Source: the human T2T-CHM13v2.0 reference genome, Homo sapiens
Length of the DNA: 64,000 nt
Direction: 5' to 3' (one strand)
NCBI RefSeq assembly: GCF_009914755.1
Contig: NC_060930.1
Part shown: one piece after another, positions 28,226 to 43,940 of the stretch
Layout: every line of letters begins with the position of its first letter
How positions within the stretch are numbered: the first letter of the stretch is position 1
Notes under the pieces: generated by a model
Databases searched by the model: none
What the model saw: only the letters and a program-made list of their open reading frames with translations
Told to the model about the DNA's origin: nothing
Program-made: the position numbers and the translations under genes

Positions 28226-30151
28226 TCTATAACCATACAAATGACTTGAAATTTAAAAATAAAGTGGCCTGAGTGGGGCCTGCATGGGGTGCCCGGAAGA
28301 CAGAGAGCAAACCCTCGCCCTGCCAGGGGCTCCTGCCTCCCAGGACAGTGGCTGCCACACCACAGGCAGCTCGGGTCACCAGAACCTTCTTCCTCCCACT
28401 CTGGGAAGCTGCGGCCAGGCTCTCCCCACGTGGCTTTCCCGGGTCAGTCTCCCGGGAGTTGCTTTTTTCTGGGAGCTGCGTGAGGAGCTGCTGTTCATGG
28501 AGGGTCCTGGGGCATGGCAGGGACACCAAACGGGTGCTCCTGGGGCACTCCAGGTCCTGGGGGACACTGAGCCAGGGCGGCCTGATGTCCTCAAGGAGCC
28601 GCCAGCCTGGCCCGGAGAGCCTGAGTCTATTATTATAAAGCAAAGCCTCACCCTCCCATGACGTGGCTGGCCTGGGTGCAGAAACCTGAGCTGCTCCAGG
28701 CCCAGCAGATGGAAATAACCTCCAAGAATAACCGGCCCGCACCGCACGCCTCTCCTGCCACCGCGGCGGGGCCTGCACTTCCTTCCTAAACTCCCCGGGA
28801 CAGCAATCCCGCCTCACAGACTCAAATGCCATCAGCAGGAACAATCGGAGGAAGTGTGGCGCTTTCTCCGCTCAGGGAGCGAAACGGGGACCCTGCTTAT
28901 CAAAATGACAAGATTTATTCAGTTGCTACAAACTACCAAAGACTTCCTTTCCCAAAAGAAAGGCCGGGGGGGAAGGTCATGTCCTTCGGCCACCTCCATT
29001 GAGCCAAGAGCACCATCTGCTTTGCTTCAAGCACATCGGTGGCTGACTCCCCGTCCCCCAGCTCTGCCTGCCTGGGGGTAGGTTTGCAGTCTCTCAAAGA
29101 GGGGCTGTGTAGGAAGGAGCAACCAGCTCTCAGTCCCTGAGCACGGGAGGCCAGCACCACCTGAGCCCACCGAGTCGTCAGCACACCTGGGAAGGGAAAG
29201 GAGGGGAGGGAGGCCTGGCCAAGGAAGGGGAGTTCCGCAGCAGCCCTCACCTGAGCTCCTGGCGGCCTCTGGTATGAACCCCCAGCATGGAGCCAGCACC
29301 CTCAGCCCAAGACTCACCCCCTCCTGGACAGTTCTCTGCCTCTCTGGAGTCCCTCCTCTCCCTCCCACCCCCAGCAGCCACAGGAGTCTTCCTAAAGTCT
29401 CATTTTCCTCAAGTCCTTAACCTCCTCCAATCCTTCCCTACTTCTCAACCCTGAGTAGAACACAGACCCTCGGCCAGGCAAAGGGGGCCTCAGTCACCAG
29501 GCCCCAAGCAAGCCCTACATCCTGTCCTGGCCTTTGTTCAGGCCGCTCCCGTTACTTGGGGTTCCCTCTCCTTTCCTGTCCCCAAATGGCCAGGCAGAGC
29601 CACCCGCCAAACCCTTCTAGGCCCAGTCCTGTCCTTCTCCAAGCGAGCCTCTGCTTCTTGGCTCTGCAGATGGCACTCTTCATTTCGTGATGTTTATCCT
29701 GTGCTCACCCAACAGTGTCCAGGTGGGCAGAGAGCATTCCTAGACCCGGAGGGACTAAAGGAAACCATTCCCTAATCAGAACCAGCAACTCCACGGCACA
29801 TGGAGCAGATCTGCAGGGGGCCCTTCATTCTGCATGGGAGACGTGGGCCCCGAGACAGCTTTCCCCAGGGTCACAGCACCACGTCTGTGCACCTGGCCCT
29901 CTACCACGCTATGCGCGCATCAGGCTGATGAGCCAAGTGCCAAGCAGAAAGGTCACACTCTTCCTCACGGGATCCAAAAAAGGAGATGTGTCCAAGACTG
30001 CCCACCACCGTCCGAGGAAGAGCTGAGGGTCCACCGAGTGCCCAGGAGACCAGCTGGTATTTCTGGTGCCAGCTTGTTAGTTGACAGAGGAAGACAGCTT
30101 CAGACAGCGCCACCCATCCCCGGAGGATGCCTGTCCTCAGCCTCAGAGACC

Positions 30152-30524
<373 letters not shown>

Positions 30525-33039
30525 TGAACCCACTTTTGAAGTGGGTATCTACTTTGAAGGGGCTCCCTGAGTCTCCTGATCTAAAAAGCCGAGAACCAGA
30601 CCCTAGACAGGGGGGATGAATCACTGGCGTGAATGCCTCGATTCTTTCCATTTGTATCCATGGGACACTTAACTAATAATCACGGCACAGTTTCCAGTTA
30701 AATATGGACACAGCTTCAGAATCCTTCTTAACACTACAGCTCAGCCAGAGTGGGTGCAAAAGCTTAAGTCCATCTACTCTACAGGCCCTTGATAAGGAGG
30801 ATTCTCTCCTGTTTACCCAGTGAGGAAACACCCACACAAACAGCCAGCTGGTCCCCTCTTGGGCATCTCCCTGAGCGTGACACTCTCAAGACCTTGCTTG
30901 GTCTAACATCCAGCCCTCTCTGAGTTGCTCTCCCACACCTGGCAGCACTGGGCAGTGGACTTGAGTGGGAGAACAACACACTCCAGTTGGCCAACCTCCT
31001 CTAGACAGGCCTGGCAAGCTCTCTTAGCACCTGGATGACTCAGCGGCACTTCCAGCGATTCTCTGTGTGCCAATCAACCAATCAACATTTAATTGGGCAC
31101 CTTTTATGGGCATCCTTAAGCCTGAGCAGAGACTCAGATCCAGTGGATCACCTGATGAAACTCTAAAATGCTGCACTCATGTTAAAAGTGCCTTAAGAAA
31201 TAGGACGTTTATTATATCATGTAACTAGAAGTGAACCAATCAGAATTGGTTAGGACAGTGCTTGGTCAGAGGAAGGCTTAGGTGCTCCCCACTTCTTCCT
31301 CCGCCCTCTTGTCCCATTGTCAGCCTTGGCCTCTGGTCCTGGAAGGGCTGTGTCTGCTCTAGGCATCATTCGTGTAAGAGCCATGGCGTCTGATGAAGAA
31401 GAGGGCTTCCTACCCTCACTCAGAAATCAGAAGAAGAGACATCCTTCCCAGAAATGCCCGGCCAACTTCCCTTTGGATCCCATGGGTCTGCACCATGTTG
31501 AGCCAAAGCCAAAACTAATCACTCCAGAGGGAAGGAGACCACCACGATTCGCTCAAACCCCCAGGAGCCTTCTTAGGAGAAATCAGCGGCAGAGTCCCCG
31601 CTGTCGATAGGCCACAGCATACACAAACTTTGCCTACAATTTTGGGGATTCATATACCCACTAAAGTCTCTCCATAGACCACCCACTAAGATCCCCTGAG
31701 GGCCTGTGGGGCAGGCACTGTTAACATGATGAACTTAGCCCATGGAGAAGCTGCATCCAGCTAGGGAGAGACATCACACAGGTGCAGGTCAACTTTGTAG
31801 AAGCTGACTCACTAAACACGATCACAGTCAGTGTAATAGCACAAAGAGCAAGCCCACCACTGCCATGCAGATCAGGCGGAGGTATGAGGCCTGGAAGATG
31901 CGGACAAACTGAGTTGACTGAAAGGATGGACACGATTCCAGAAGGAGGAAAGGCAGGCGGAGCTGGGACCAACAGGCATTCCACACCCGGAAAAAGCCAA
32001 AAGTTTTCACATGACAGAAGAGTTTGCAGCTGCGGTCACAGCTAAGCCATGGCAGGCTGGCTGCAGTGTTTGTATTGAGTCCTTTTGATGACAGCATGAA
32101 TTCTGAGAACAAAGCTTCCAGGCTGTGGCTGTGTAACTGGAACCCAGAGACAAAAATAGCTTCTCTTCTCATGCATATGTGAGGTCTGATCTGTAAGTCT
32201 GAGAAAGAGTTTTTGCCATTTATGAAACTTAGAAGATTCCTCAACAACCACAGATCCTATGAATGAACATTTTTATTTGGCTGGATCCATCAGATTTAAT
32301 ATTCTTTCAGCTATTTGGTAGCTGCCTAACTTCTCCTTCTCATTGAAAAATCCAGTGACTTTTGAAGCTGTTTTGAGATATAAGAATAATAGAAAGTGAA
32401 TTAGCGGATTAAAAGATCAGCGTTCTTATAATAACATTAAAGAGAGTATCAGGGAGCCAAGTAGTCTTGAGAGAATAAAGCTTTCCTCAAAGAGACAACT
32501 CTACACGCTCAGCTGATATTTCTAAATTGAGTCAGGAAATGTTCCAGGGAGGACACAGCTAGCTTGTGCCTTAATTCAGTGCCTGATTTAGATTTGTATA
32601 CCCTCGTATAGGTCAGTACAAAATGAATCATGGGGAGTCGTGTATTCATAACAGGTGATACAGAGAAATTAAGATAATTTAGTTATGTGTCATTTAAAGT
32701 ACTTATTAATAAAATAACATACATAGGTGTATCTAAGTTCCTCTACCTACATCAGATAAATTGCATTAACTGATAGCTTCATCTCATCTTTAGCTACATA
32801 TTTTAAAAATATCCGTAATTAATTATTTCAATAAATTATATTATAAAATAATGTTAAGACTTAACATTATTCTAAATACACTCTCATTTTAATCACCATG
32901 TAATATGTTATAGAATTAGTATTCTTATGACAAAGTAACCATTTCTGTATTAGGGGATGCTAACCTATTTTTATTCTCATAATTCTAACTACATGTCTCA
33001 TTATAAGTATAGCTTTCTCTTAATTTGAATTATTTCATT

Positions 33040-33440
33040 CTCAGGAAGAGAATGATGAGATCCAAGTGTAGCGTATTCTGGCTTTTGATGAGAATTACCA
33101 AATGGTCTTCCAAAGTAATCAAACACATTTGCACTACCGTCAGGAACTCCTGGATATTCCTACTTAACTGTCGGGACCAGCGTCAGTTTTTACCGCGTTT
33201 CTGAATTCTCGATCATTTCTCAAGTGCTGTCAAAATGGTGTTGGATACTTGCATTACTTTGTGCTTCGTCACTAATTAGTAACGGTTTTCTTCCCCTAAT
33301 ATTCATTGAATTCATTCATTTCTTTTTTTCCATTTCTGTGAACTGTGAACCCTTCGCCATTTGTCTTTTAGGGACTTTTATGTGCTTGGAGATTTGTAAG
33401 AGCCCTTTCTATACTTTTCACATTGAGTCTCTGTCCCTTC
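33040..33440 (-). mobile_element. Ancient L1M fragment
   Basis: TTACCAAATGGTCTTCCAAAG, TTTCTGTGAACTG, GATTTGTAAGAGC resemble antisense L1 ORF2 end. Confidence 0.5.
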
Positions 33441-35289
33441 TCACAATGATGCCTACTGTTACCATATTATCATTATCCGCCACTCCTTGTTATGACCACA
33501 TGCCAAGCTCTGTGCTGAATAACTTCGTTACCACAACCCTACAAGGAAGTACTGTCATCCCCATTTCACAGGAGAGAACGTAGAGGCTCCCCACTCACAC
33601 ATTTTGCTGGCGTCACAAGGCTAATGGCCTTGGAGCTGACTCGATGGCGCCTCCTGTCTTCTAATCCCACTCCACAACCGCCCCAGCATTGTCTGTACAG
33701 CTGCTGTCTACGCTGATGCGTTCTGTGTCCTGGGGTTTTATGACACGGTGGGTTTTCAGTCTATATGACCACATATGTTCATATTGTTTTAAGTTTTCTC
33801 TTTCTCTGCAACCATAGTTACCACTAAGTATGTATTTGTTGACTTTTCTTGATGTGGCATTTTCACGAGCCCCATTGCTTCCTATTCTTTTTTTATAGAG
33901 AGATTTTGATGTTCTTGGCGTCACTTGAAGTTGACTGTCACCTCAGACGTGGAGACCTTTTTGTCACAGGCAGAATTTTGCTCTATGGGGATTTTTTCAT
34001 CCATCTATCTATCTTCATTTTTAAATTTAAGCAATATGATTTTCCACATGGGAGAAGAAAAATGAGGCCTTAAACAGTGGTGCTTTGGTCAAAAGAGTCA
34101 AAGTGAAATAAATGTGAGGGATCTAGGCCGCTGCTCCCTAGCTATGGTGCTGAGCGGCTGCTGCCAACGCCAGAGAGAAAGCCATGCCTTTGAGGCTGAC
34201 GACAAAACCACGCTCTTGGGGGTCAGTCCTCCAATGTTGCCATTCATGGGAACGAGACAGCCCTGCCCCCCTGTGCTCCAGGATTTTGTCTGCTGTTTAC
34301 CTCCTGTCAAATACCCTGAGACGGTGGCTGGGGTTTGTCCTGCCCATTGGAACTGTCCCATCTCATCCCAACTGGGCCACAGGCTCCATCCACTCTTGCC
34401 TCATGAACCCCATCCTGCTGTCCTGCACCCCTCTTAAACTGCCAGCCAAGCCTCTCTTTTAGATACATTCTGTAGCCCTAGGGCTGGTAACCCAACCAAC
34501 CCCGAGCAATGAGAGCCGTGGCTCCCGGCTGCCATGTCTCCGAGGTGACCAAGAATACTGTCACTGTGGAATGCAGACTGTTGGATTTTCAAACTTGCTG
34601 CTGCTCCCACCGCTGCAGCTGTTGTCATTTGAGCAATTCTAATGAGGGAGGTGCTCATTTAAAAGTCGGTTCTTTCAGTCAGCCAATAGGTGAGAAAAGA
34701 AAAAAAAAAAAAGTCAGTTCCTACAATTATCCTAAGTAAGAGACCAGATTCCGAACAGCTGGTTCAAAGGAGGAGGTGACCGAGGATGCTGACACTCCTC
34801 AGGTCCCCTTTGCTCCACATGACGCTGCCTCTGGAGACATCTGGCCACTCCCTGCAGTCTTTGGGAGCCCAGCACACACAGTGCCCACGCTCTCATTTCC
34901 TGCTTTAACTTCTTGGACCACCAGCCTGAGCCTGCCTTTTATTTCAGACTTCGCTACTTTTCGGGAGCTCTCGCATCTGCTGATTTACAGGCCTTGTGCA
35001 CTCTTTTCTTTTATTGCTGCTGGCATTTCCCTGGCCATCCACGTTGGTCATTTCCACCGCAAGTCTATTTATTTCCCAGTGGTGCACATATGTGTCCAGC
35101 TCCAGGCAATTTCGCTTTGTCTGCCTACCTGGTTCTGCAGTCTCTGACTTGCACAGCCAGCCCCTGCTGGGGACCTCATATGAATGTTCTTTTTTTGGCC
35201 TGCAGTTTATTCTGTGGCTGTGAAGATCTCCAGCACATCCAATATATGACAGTCATCATCTATGATATTTATCATAATGAGTGAAACTG

Positions 35290-35710
35290 GCTTAGGGCTT
35301 CCTAGGGCTGCCTTTACAACGTACTATAAGCCAGGGGGCTTAAAACAATAGACAATTATTCTGTCACCGTTTGGGGGCTACCAGTCTGAAGTCAAGGTGT
35401 TGATGAGCCATGCTCTCTCCAAAGCCTCTAGGGAACGGCCCCTCCTCGCCTCTTCTGGTCCCAGTGTTCCTTGGCCTGTGGTAGTGTCGCTCCAGCTCCT
35501 GCCTGCTTCATCACATGGCTTTCTCCTGTGTGTCCCTGTCTTCTCTTCTTAGAAGGACATCAATCCTATTAAATTAAGGCTCATGCTAATGACGTCATCA
35601 TGACTTGATTCCATTTGCAAAAACTCTATTCCCAAATAAGGTCACATTCACAGGTATCTGGGGTTAGGACGCCCTATCTTTTGTGGGGACACAGTTCAGC
35701 CCACCATACA
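35290..35710 (-). mobile_element. MLT1 (B/C-like) MaLR LTR
   Basis: GGCTTAAAACAA..AAGTCAAGGTGT..CCAAATAAGGTCACATTC..GGGGACACAGTTCAGCCC. Confidence 0.85.
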
Positions 35711-36913
35711 GGCAAAGGTGGTCCTTGGCCTCCTTTCCCATCACCCCACCTGACATCTCCCTTCCCAGCTTCCTGGAACCCTTCCTTTCTCTAGCTCCTT
35801 TCCCTGCTCCCAATCCTAAATAAAATCTACCCCAGCATGAGGCAAGGGAAGAACCGGTACCAGCTCCTGCTGGGGTGCAATGAAACACTACTTATGCAGC
35901 TGCAGGCATCAGTGGAGAAGGCTGGAGGGGGAGGCAGGTGTTTGGGGGTACCTGGAGACCATTTCAGGGAGGCATTTTCTTGGTTTGCTGACGCGAAGAC
36001 CGGCTTCTACCTGGAAGCCCAAAGCCCTCCAGGATCTGGGCTGGGGTTGCCCTTCCTTGCATGCTCAGCTCCGTCTCCCCTCCCGACAGTGGCTCACCCC
36101 TCCAGGGGGAATCGATCGTCAGGGAGAGGAGATATCTGAGCAGAAAATGACCCCAGACCTAGCAGCACAGGCTGATGGGGAGGTCAAAGGTCACTTCTGA
36201 AGGAACAGTGGCAGGCCCAGAAGGCGTCACCCCCGTGCTCCTGGCTTTCACAGAGGAACACGCCGGGGCTGCTGTGCAGACAGGAAATGAGAGGGTCCCG
36301 GCTGCGAGGACGACAGAGGATGCTCCCGCGCTTGGGCTCCCTGCCGGCACCATGGCTGAAGTGACTGATGCATCCATCAGGGGTGGCCTGGGCACAGCCT
36401 TGAAATCCTCCCCAGACAGTGCTCGGGGTAGCACCTGCGGTCAAAAGACAATGCGGGAATGAAATCTGTGCCATCCCTTGTCTGGACCATCTGGAAGGAC
36501 AAACATCCGCACATTCTCAACAGGGCTGCCTTTGACCTCCATGGCCGACCTGACTGACAGTTCTCCTGTCCTTCCCACTTCCGGTGAGTGGGGTGAGAAT
36601 GACTCCGAGAAGCACCCGAGCCACACTACTCTGGGCATTTGGAAACCTTCCTGAGCCTCCTGCAGATAGGGGCAGTGAGGCCGGCCAAGGGCAGCCTGGA
36701 TGGCATCGTTCCATGGCCTTTGTCCTCTCCTTACAGTTAAAATAAAATCCTGCTGGTTTGAGGTCTTGGCTTGAAAGGCTACTGGCCAGAGGAGGAAGTT
36801 GGGAGTGCTCACAGGACCATTTGGGAAGTATTTATCATTGAAGGATGCCATCGTACCTGCAATATTTTGGAATCGGCCATCTCTCTCCAAATTACATGTG
36901 CATCCTGTCTTTA

Positions 36914-37226
<313 letters not shown>

Positions 37227-38327
37227 TGCTGCATCAAAATTCAAAGTTTTGATGCCTCCTTCAGAAGTTTACTTTCTAAAAAGAATCATTGTTTTCCTTG
37301 AAATAACTATCTTCCAGCACACCTGTAAAGTGTATTGATAGCTGCTGGTTACCACACAAGTTGCACAGAGTAAGCAAACTCAGCAACTGCCTGTGTTGAC
37401 TTACTTCCCCAAAGCCAGGTTGGGAAATAGGGCAGCCCACTGCATATTCAGACCCCCAGCTTGAACATATGTTTGGAAAAAAGGAAGGGAAAGTTTCCCC
37501 AGCGTTTGGTGTTTTGGGTTCCTCAGGTTCCAGCCTGGGGCCGGCTGATTGCTCCCCACCTCCTCCGTGGCGCAAGGCGAGTCCTCTTTCCTTGTGCGCC
37601 CAGCCGCCCGTCTCCCATCCCAAGGTCAGGCCTGGAGTTCCATAGAGAATTCAGAAGCTTTCTCCATCTGTAATGCACTCAGGGCCCAGAAATCACTCTG
37701 GTCAGTTAGCGTTTCCAAGCTCATTCCCAGCTGCATCAGCGTGTCCATCGAAGGACAGAGTGGGAAGCGGCTCCCTGTGCAGAGAGGGAGGGCAGGAGAC
37801 TTCCTGGGGGACGACACCTGTAAGAGATAAAGCGGAGGATCAGGCAAGGAAAGCCTCAAAGTGCGGTGCAGATCCGACCAAGTCTCGGCCAACCCAGTGA
37901 GGGGCCCTGGAGCTAGATGCCCATTGGAGGAATCCAGGGATGAGCTGGGACATCCAGGTCCCCAGACCTCGTGGCTCCACTGAGCTCCATCTGACAGGGG
38001 CAACCCAGGAAGAGTGTGGCTGTGGCCTAGAGCTTAGAGCTGAGCAGGTTGTGGAGGTGCCAGCAGCTTTTTGAAGGATGATGTGGCCATCCCAGGGGTG
38101 CAGGTCCACAGCCACCACAGCCAAGACATTTTTGGGGGTGTGTGCGTGTGTTTTGTTTTGCTGCTTTTTAAGTTTCTTTCTAAAAAGGAACCATCTTCTC
38201 CCCTCCTTGCCTTTGGCCATTAATGGGAGCCAATGCAACCCAGGTGTCCCTCCTCAGCCACATCCAGCCAGTGCCACTTCTGCTTCAAAGTACGGACAGA
38301 ATCAAAGTACGTTGAAAATTAGGCTCA

Positions 38328-38722
<395 letters not shown>

Positions 38723-40949
38723 CTACATCAGCCCAGACCGTAGAAAGGAGAAGACAGCAGGAATTCTGGGAATCTTTCTTAGTGTGCAAAAGGGGCCACC
38801 TCCATGCAATTCAGGCATGGGGGCCAGGGCAGGTCCACAAAGCCTTGGCCACCTGTGAAGACCAGAAGCCCTGGCCTCGCTGGGGCCACTGAGTCAGGCT
38901 CATGGTCCTCGCCCCATTCCCCTCCAGCAGCCCTGTGGCTCCACCTCCAGCCTCCCATCGTTGAGACACAAGGACAGGGATCCACGCCATGAATCAGCTC
39001 GAGGGCTTCTTGGCTGCACAGGCCGAACCCTCAGGTCTGAACATCCCTAAAAATAAGGGCTGGTGTCAAGAGGTGGCAGAGAGAAACCCTGACACGGACA
39101 CAGAAGGGAAAAGCACAGCCCAGGAGCCCCTTTCACATCAAAGCTTCTTTTTCTGGGGATGCCGAGGAACAGAGTACAGGCAAACGGTGCCCTTCACCTT
39201 CAGAAATACCCCGATATGCCTACTTTCCAGTTGAGATGACACAGCAGGAAACTTGAAAACTTAGTTTCTTCTGGTTGGAAGGCTCCTCCCGGCCACATGC
39301 CCACCGTCCAGTTCCCGCTCCCTCAGTGCCAGGCAGTCCAGAGGCTCCAGGGGTTCGGCTTGGACATAACCGGAGCTCCTCCGACTCCCCAGGCAAGCAC
39401 TCTGTCATTGTCTTCCAGACTGTTCTCACAGATGCCCCGCAAAAGAGCACAAAAGCAGCCGCCAGAGGCCTGGAGCCCCGCCAAGAGGACAGGGCCCCCG
39501 GGACAGAGGGACAGAGGGGGGCTGTGCCCAGGTGGCCCTGAGGCTGCCCAGGACTCACTGGCTCCTGCTGCTCCATCCACACAGCAGACAGAGAAGCTTC
39601 CAGTCGGCAAAGGGCTGGGAACGCTGCAGCGCCGGCACTCGGAATATTTGGATTTTCTGAATGTTAACACACTGGAAGCTCCTAAGGCAGCCAAGAGGCT
39701 ATGAGCTCAAAAGCTTTGTGAGAGCTTTTCTCGGAGAGCTCGTTAATGTGGTCATTTAATGGCATAGTCTTGAATCCGAATCCTTAACTGGAGCTTTAAA
39801 TAGGACTGATAAGTGCTCCATAGGCTTTGGGGAAGCGGATCAGGCCCATGTGCCCTCCTTGTCCAGGGGCACTGTTTGCAAAGACCACATGTGGGGCCAG
39901 GGCACAGGGGGAGGAGACCCACAGGCCAGGGCTGGGCAATGCGGATCTTGGCATTAAAAGCACAGGCCGGGTAGGATGGCTCCGTGTCCAGAGAGCGGCT
40001 TAGTGGAGTGGTAAGAGGCACATTCCGATTGCCTCGCTCCCTGGAGCTGCCTCCAGCACTACCATTAACTTGGATAAATCCCATAAATTCACCCGACCAT
40101 GAGCACAAGTGCTGCTCAACCCACCCAGCCACCCCACCCGCAGGCCAAAAATACGAGGCAGCACTTGCCTAGTGACTCACATCCTCTGCCTGGGCCCCGC
40201 CCCTCCTGCCTATAGTCCTGCTTCGTGCGACCTTCAGGGAATATATAGAGTTGGGGGAGATTTCTCAGGATATTTTTGGGAGACAGCTGTTTGTGATTCA
40301 ACTTGACAGTTATGGGTGGCTATGGCCAAAAGGGGGCTGGGCGCGGAAACTAGAGCTGGGGAACGTGGGCAGGGAACCGGTGGACGTGGAATTCCCAGTA
40401 TAATGTTGCCTTATATACACTTACTAAGCGCATGGATGGGTGAATGAATAAGTGAAGGATTGACTTCTCTATCTGCCTTAGAGGGTGGAGTTGAGGTCAA
40501 CCAAATCCTACTCAGAAATTTCAGACACGAAATATCAGATCCTAAATGAAGAATTCCTCTTCTGCAGTGTTCACGGCATGGCACGTGGTGGCCGGCACAG
40601 AACGATTCTCCCCTGTAATCGGTTTCATCCCCAAACCTTGGTGAGATGTAAACCTGCTCCTCCAGGCCTTGACTTCCGCAGTTGGGCCAAAATGTGTTTC
40701 CTGAGACTGTGTCCCCACTCGATCCTGAAATGTTCACTGCTTTCATGGGGGGAAATGAAGGAGGGGGATCTTGTTCAAACAAGATTGGGAAACACTATAC
40801 ACTACATTTCCCTCTTGGATTTTACAACATTCATTAACACTGAAGACGGAAAAGTCCTGCAATAAAGAAACCTGGTTTGTTTTTTTTATTTAACCCAACA
40901 TGTTCCAAATTTACTTGTCCAAGAAGAACACATTTTTGCAAAGTCTCGG

Positions 40950-41420
40950 TGTGGTAGAGAGAACGATGCCCCCTCCTCCACCAAAGACGTCCACGTCCTA
41001 ATCCCCAGAACCTGTGAATACCTTACCTGGCAAAAGGAATTTTGTCAGTGTGATTCTGTGAAGGATTTGGGGATGGAGGGATTGTCCTGGATGATTCAGG
41101 TGGGCCTAATCTACTCACAAGGATCTTTAAGAGAGAGGCAAGAAGATTAAAGTCAAAAATGACAGGACGATGACTACAGGACAAGTTTTGAAGAGGAAGA
41201 GGCCACAAGTCAAAGAATGTGGGTGGCCTCTAGAAGCTGGAAAAATCAGGGAAATGGATTCTCCTGTGGCATCTCTGCAAGGAACACAGCCCTGCTGACA
41301 CCTTGATTTTAGGACCTATTTCAGAGTTCTGACCTCCAGAATTCTAAGAGAACCCATTTGTGTTGGTTTGAGCTACTAAGTTTGTGGCAATTTGTTACGG
41401 CAGCCATAGGAAATACGTAT
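40950..41420 (+). mobile_element. MLT1D-like MaLR LTR
   Basis: AAAGACGTCCACGTCCTAATCCCCAGAACCTGTGAATA..CTCTAGAAGCTGGAAAA..TTTGTTACGGCAGC. Confidence 0.85.
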
Positions 41421-42612
41421 TGATTACTAGAATTTGGGAAGTGAGGACACCCCTGCTTAATGATCACACACTGTAAATATGTGTCCCCAGCAGCCCATCT
41501 GCTTCTCAGCTTCAGGCCCTCCTGGAGTTTGTGTTTGTGGATATGGTAAAAAGCTGTTGAAGGATCGCATCCTTGAATAAACCAGTGTCTGTTATTACCT
41601 GTTTTTCTCAAAGCTGGTCCCATAGAGCTGGGACTAACGGGCTGAGCTTCTGTTTTCATGGCTGGCCCAACACAAAACTGTGAAAAGTCTCCTCTGAGGG
41701 GACACAGCTGGGAAGAGCACATGCCAATGTTCTGCCCAGGAGTGATGAGTCTCTAAGAGTTAAGGGCCCTGCTGTGAACATCCTGACCTTCTCAAAGTTC
41801 AGGGACAAATCTAATTAAAGAGGCACTGTCACACTTCTCAGCCTTCTCCACAGAATCCTTTGGGAAACCAGTTCTATGTCAGTGTTTCGGGCCAAGAATC
41901 AAAGTGACCAAGATTCTCAGAACAAGCCCCTGATGGATGTTTTGATGTAAAGGTCAGAGAGGTTGAAAAACAAAGTGTAAGAAGCATAAAACCATCCTGC
42001 CAAAAGTTTTGCAAAGGAGACCTGCATCCGAAATGAAATTGCTGAGTCAGAAGAATACCTCCAAATTCTTTGTTCTTCACCTGTTGGGTCTTTAATACAG
42101 AAATTCAGGAGTTTGTTGAAACCCATAGTTCACTTGCTTTGGAAGCAGTTACAATGTACTGTTCTCCAGGGAACATCCACCCGAGTGACACAGTACGCAG
42201 TGTCACACACAGGCCCCATTGTGCGCCTGCCCCCAAGTCTCTGGGTTCATTGTTTCCTTTGGAACATTCGCCCCAACCTCCACGCATCCAAGGCCTGCTG
42301 TCTCCAAGGCCTGTGCCTCCAATAGGCTGCCCTGGCTCACCAACCAGAAACAATCTTTGGCTCCCTAGAGCAGTGAGTCACCCAGGCCCTGGTCTCTCTG
42401 GGGGTGCCTCAGTTCTGTGCATGCCCTGCCTCCTTCCTCTGGTCCTATGTCCAGGGAGGGTTTGTCCTCATCCGGATCCTTTGCATTGCACCTACCAGGA
42501 ACACAGTCTACTTTATGAAGGAAACATGCTCAAAGCATTCCGGTTCTTTCCGAGTCCCAGCAAAGGCTTTGCTGCCTGGCTGCACAGCGTCTCTTATATT
42601 TGTCTCCCTGAG

Positions 42613-43448
<836 letters not shown>

Positions 43449-43726
43449 AAAACCCAGCTCTAACAAATGAGATGTAAGTGAAATGCTATTGGGTGGGGCT
43501 TCTGGAAAAAAGACTCGTGTACCTCTTCCCCCTTGCCCCTTCTTCCCTCCTCAGCATGGATGTGATTCAGGAGGCAGAGCAGCCACAATGAGGCTGAAGC
43601 CACAAGCTATAAATGGAGGCAGAAGCCAGAAGGAATCCAGGCTCAGGATGACTTTTTTGAGCCACTACACTATCTCTAAACTAATTCCTTTTCACCTGAG
43701 AAAAATAAACTTTTCTTCATTTGAGT

Positions 43727-43940
43727 CAGTGGTTGTCAACCAGGAACAATTTCCTGCCCCCAGGAGACATGTGGCAATGTATGGAGACATTTTTGGTTGT
43801 CACCATTAGGGGTGGTCCTACTGGTATCTGGTGGGTGGAGGCAGGGATGCTCCTTAATGCCCTGCGGCGCACAGGACAGCCCCCAGAACAAAGAATTATC
43901 AAGCCCCACATGCAATCGTGCTGTGGTGGAGAGACCCTTG
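43727..43940. mobile_element. MER20 (hAT-Charlie)
   Basis: CAGTGGTTGTCAACC..GGAGACATTTTTGGTTGTCAC..ACAGGACAGCCCCC..AAAGAATTATC. Confidence 0.88.

Noticed and set aside
29663-29676. CTCF-like TCTGCAGATGGCAC (similar at ~45950)
   Set aside because: Partial matches only; needs PWM scoring or ChIP
39702-39741. AGCT-rich imperfect palindrome
   Set aside because: 7-bp stem within chance expectation
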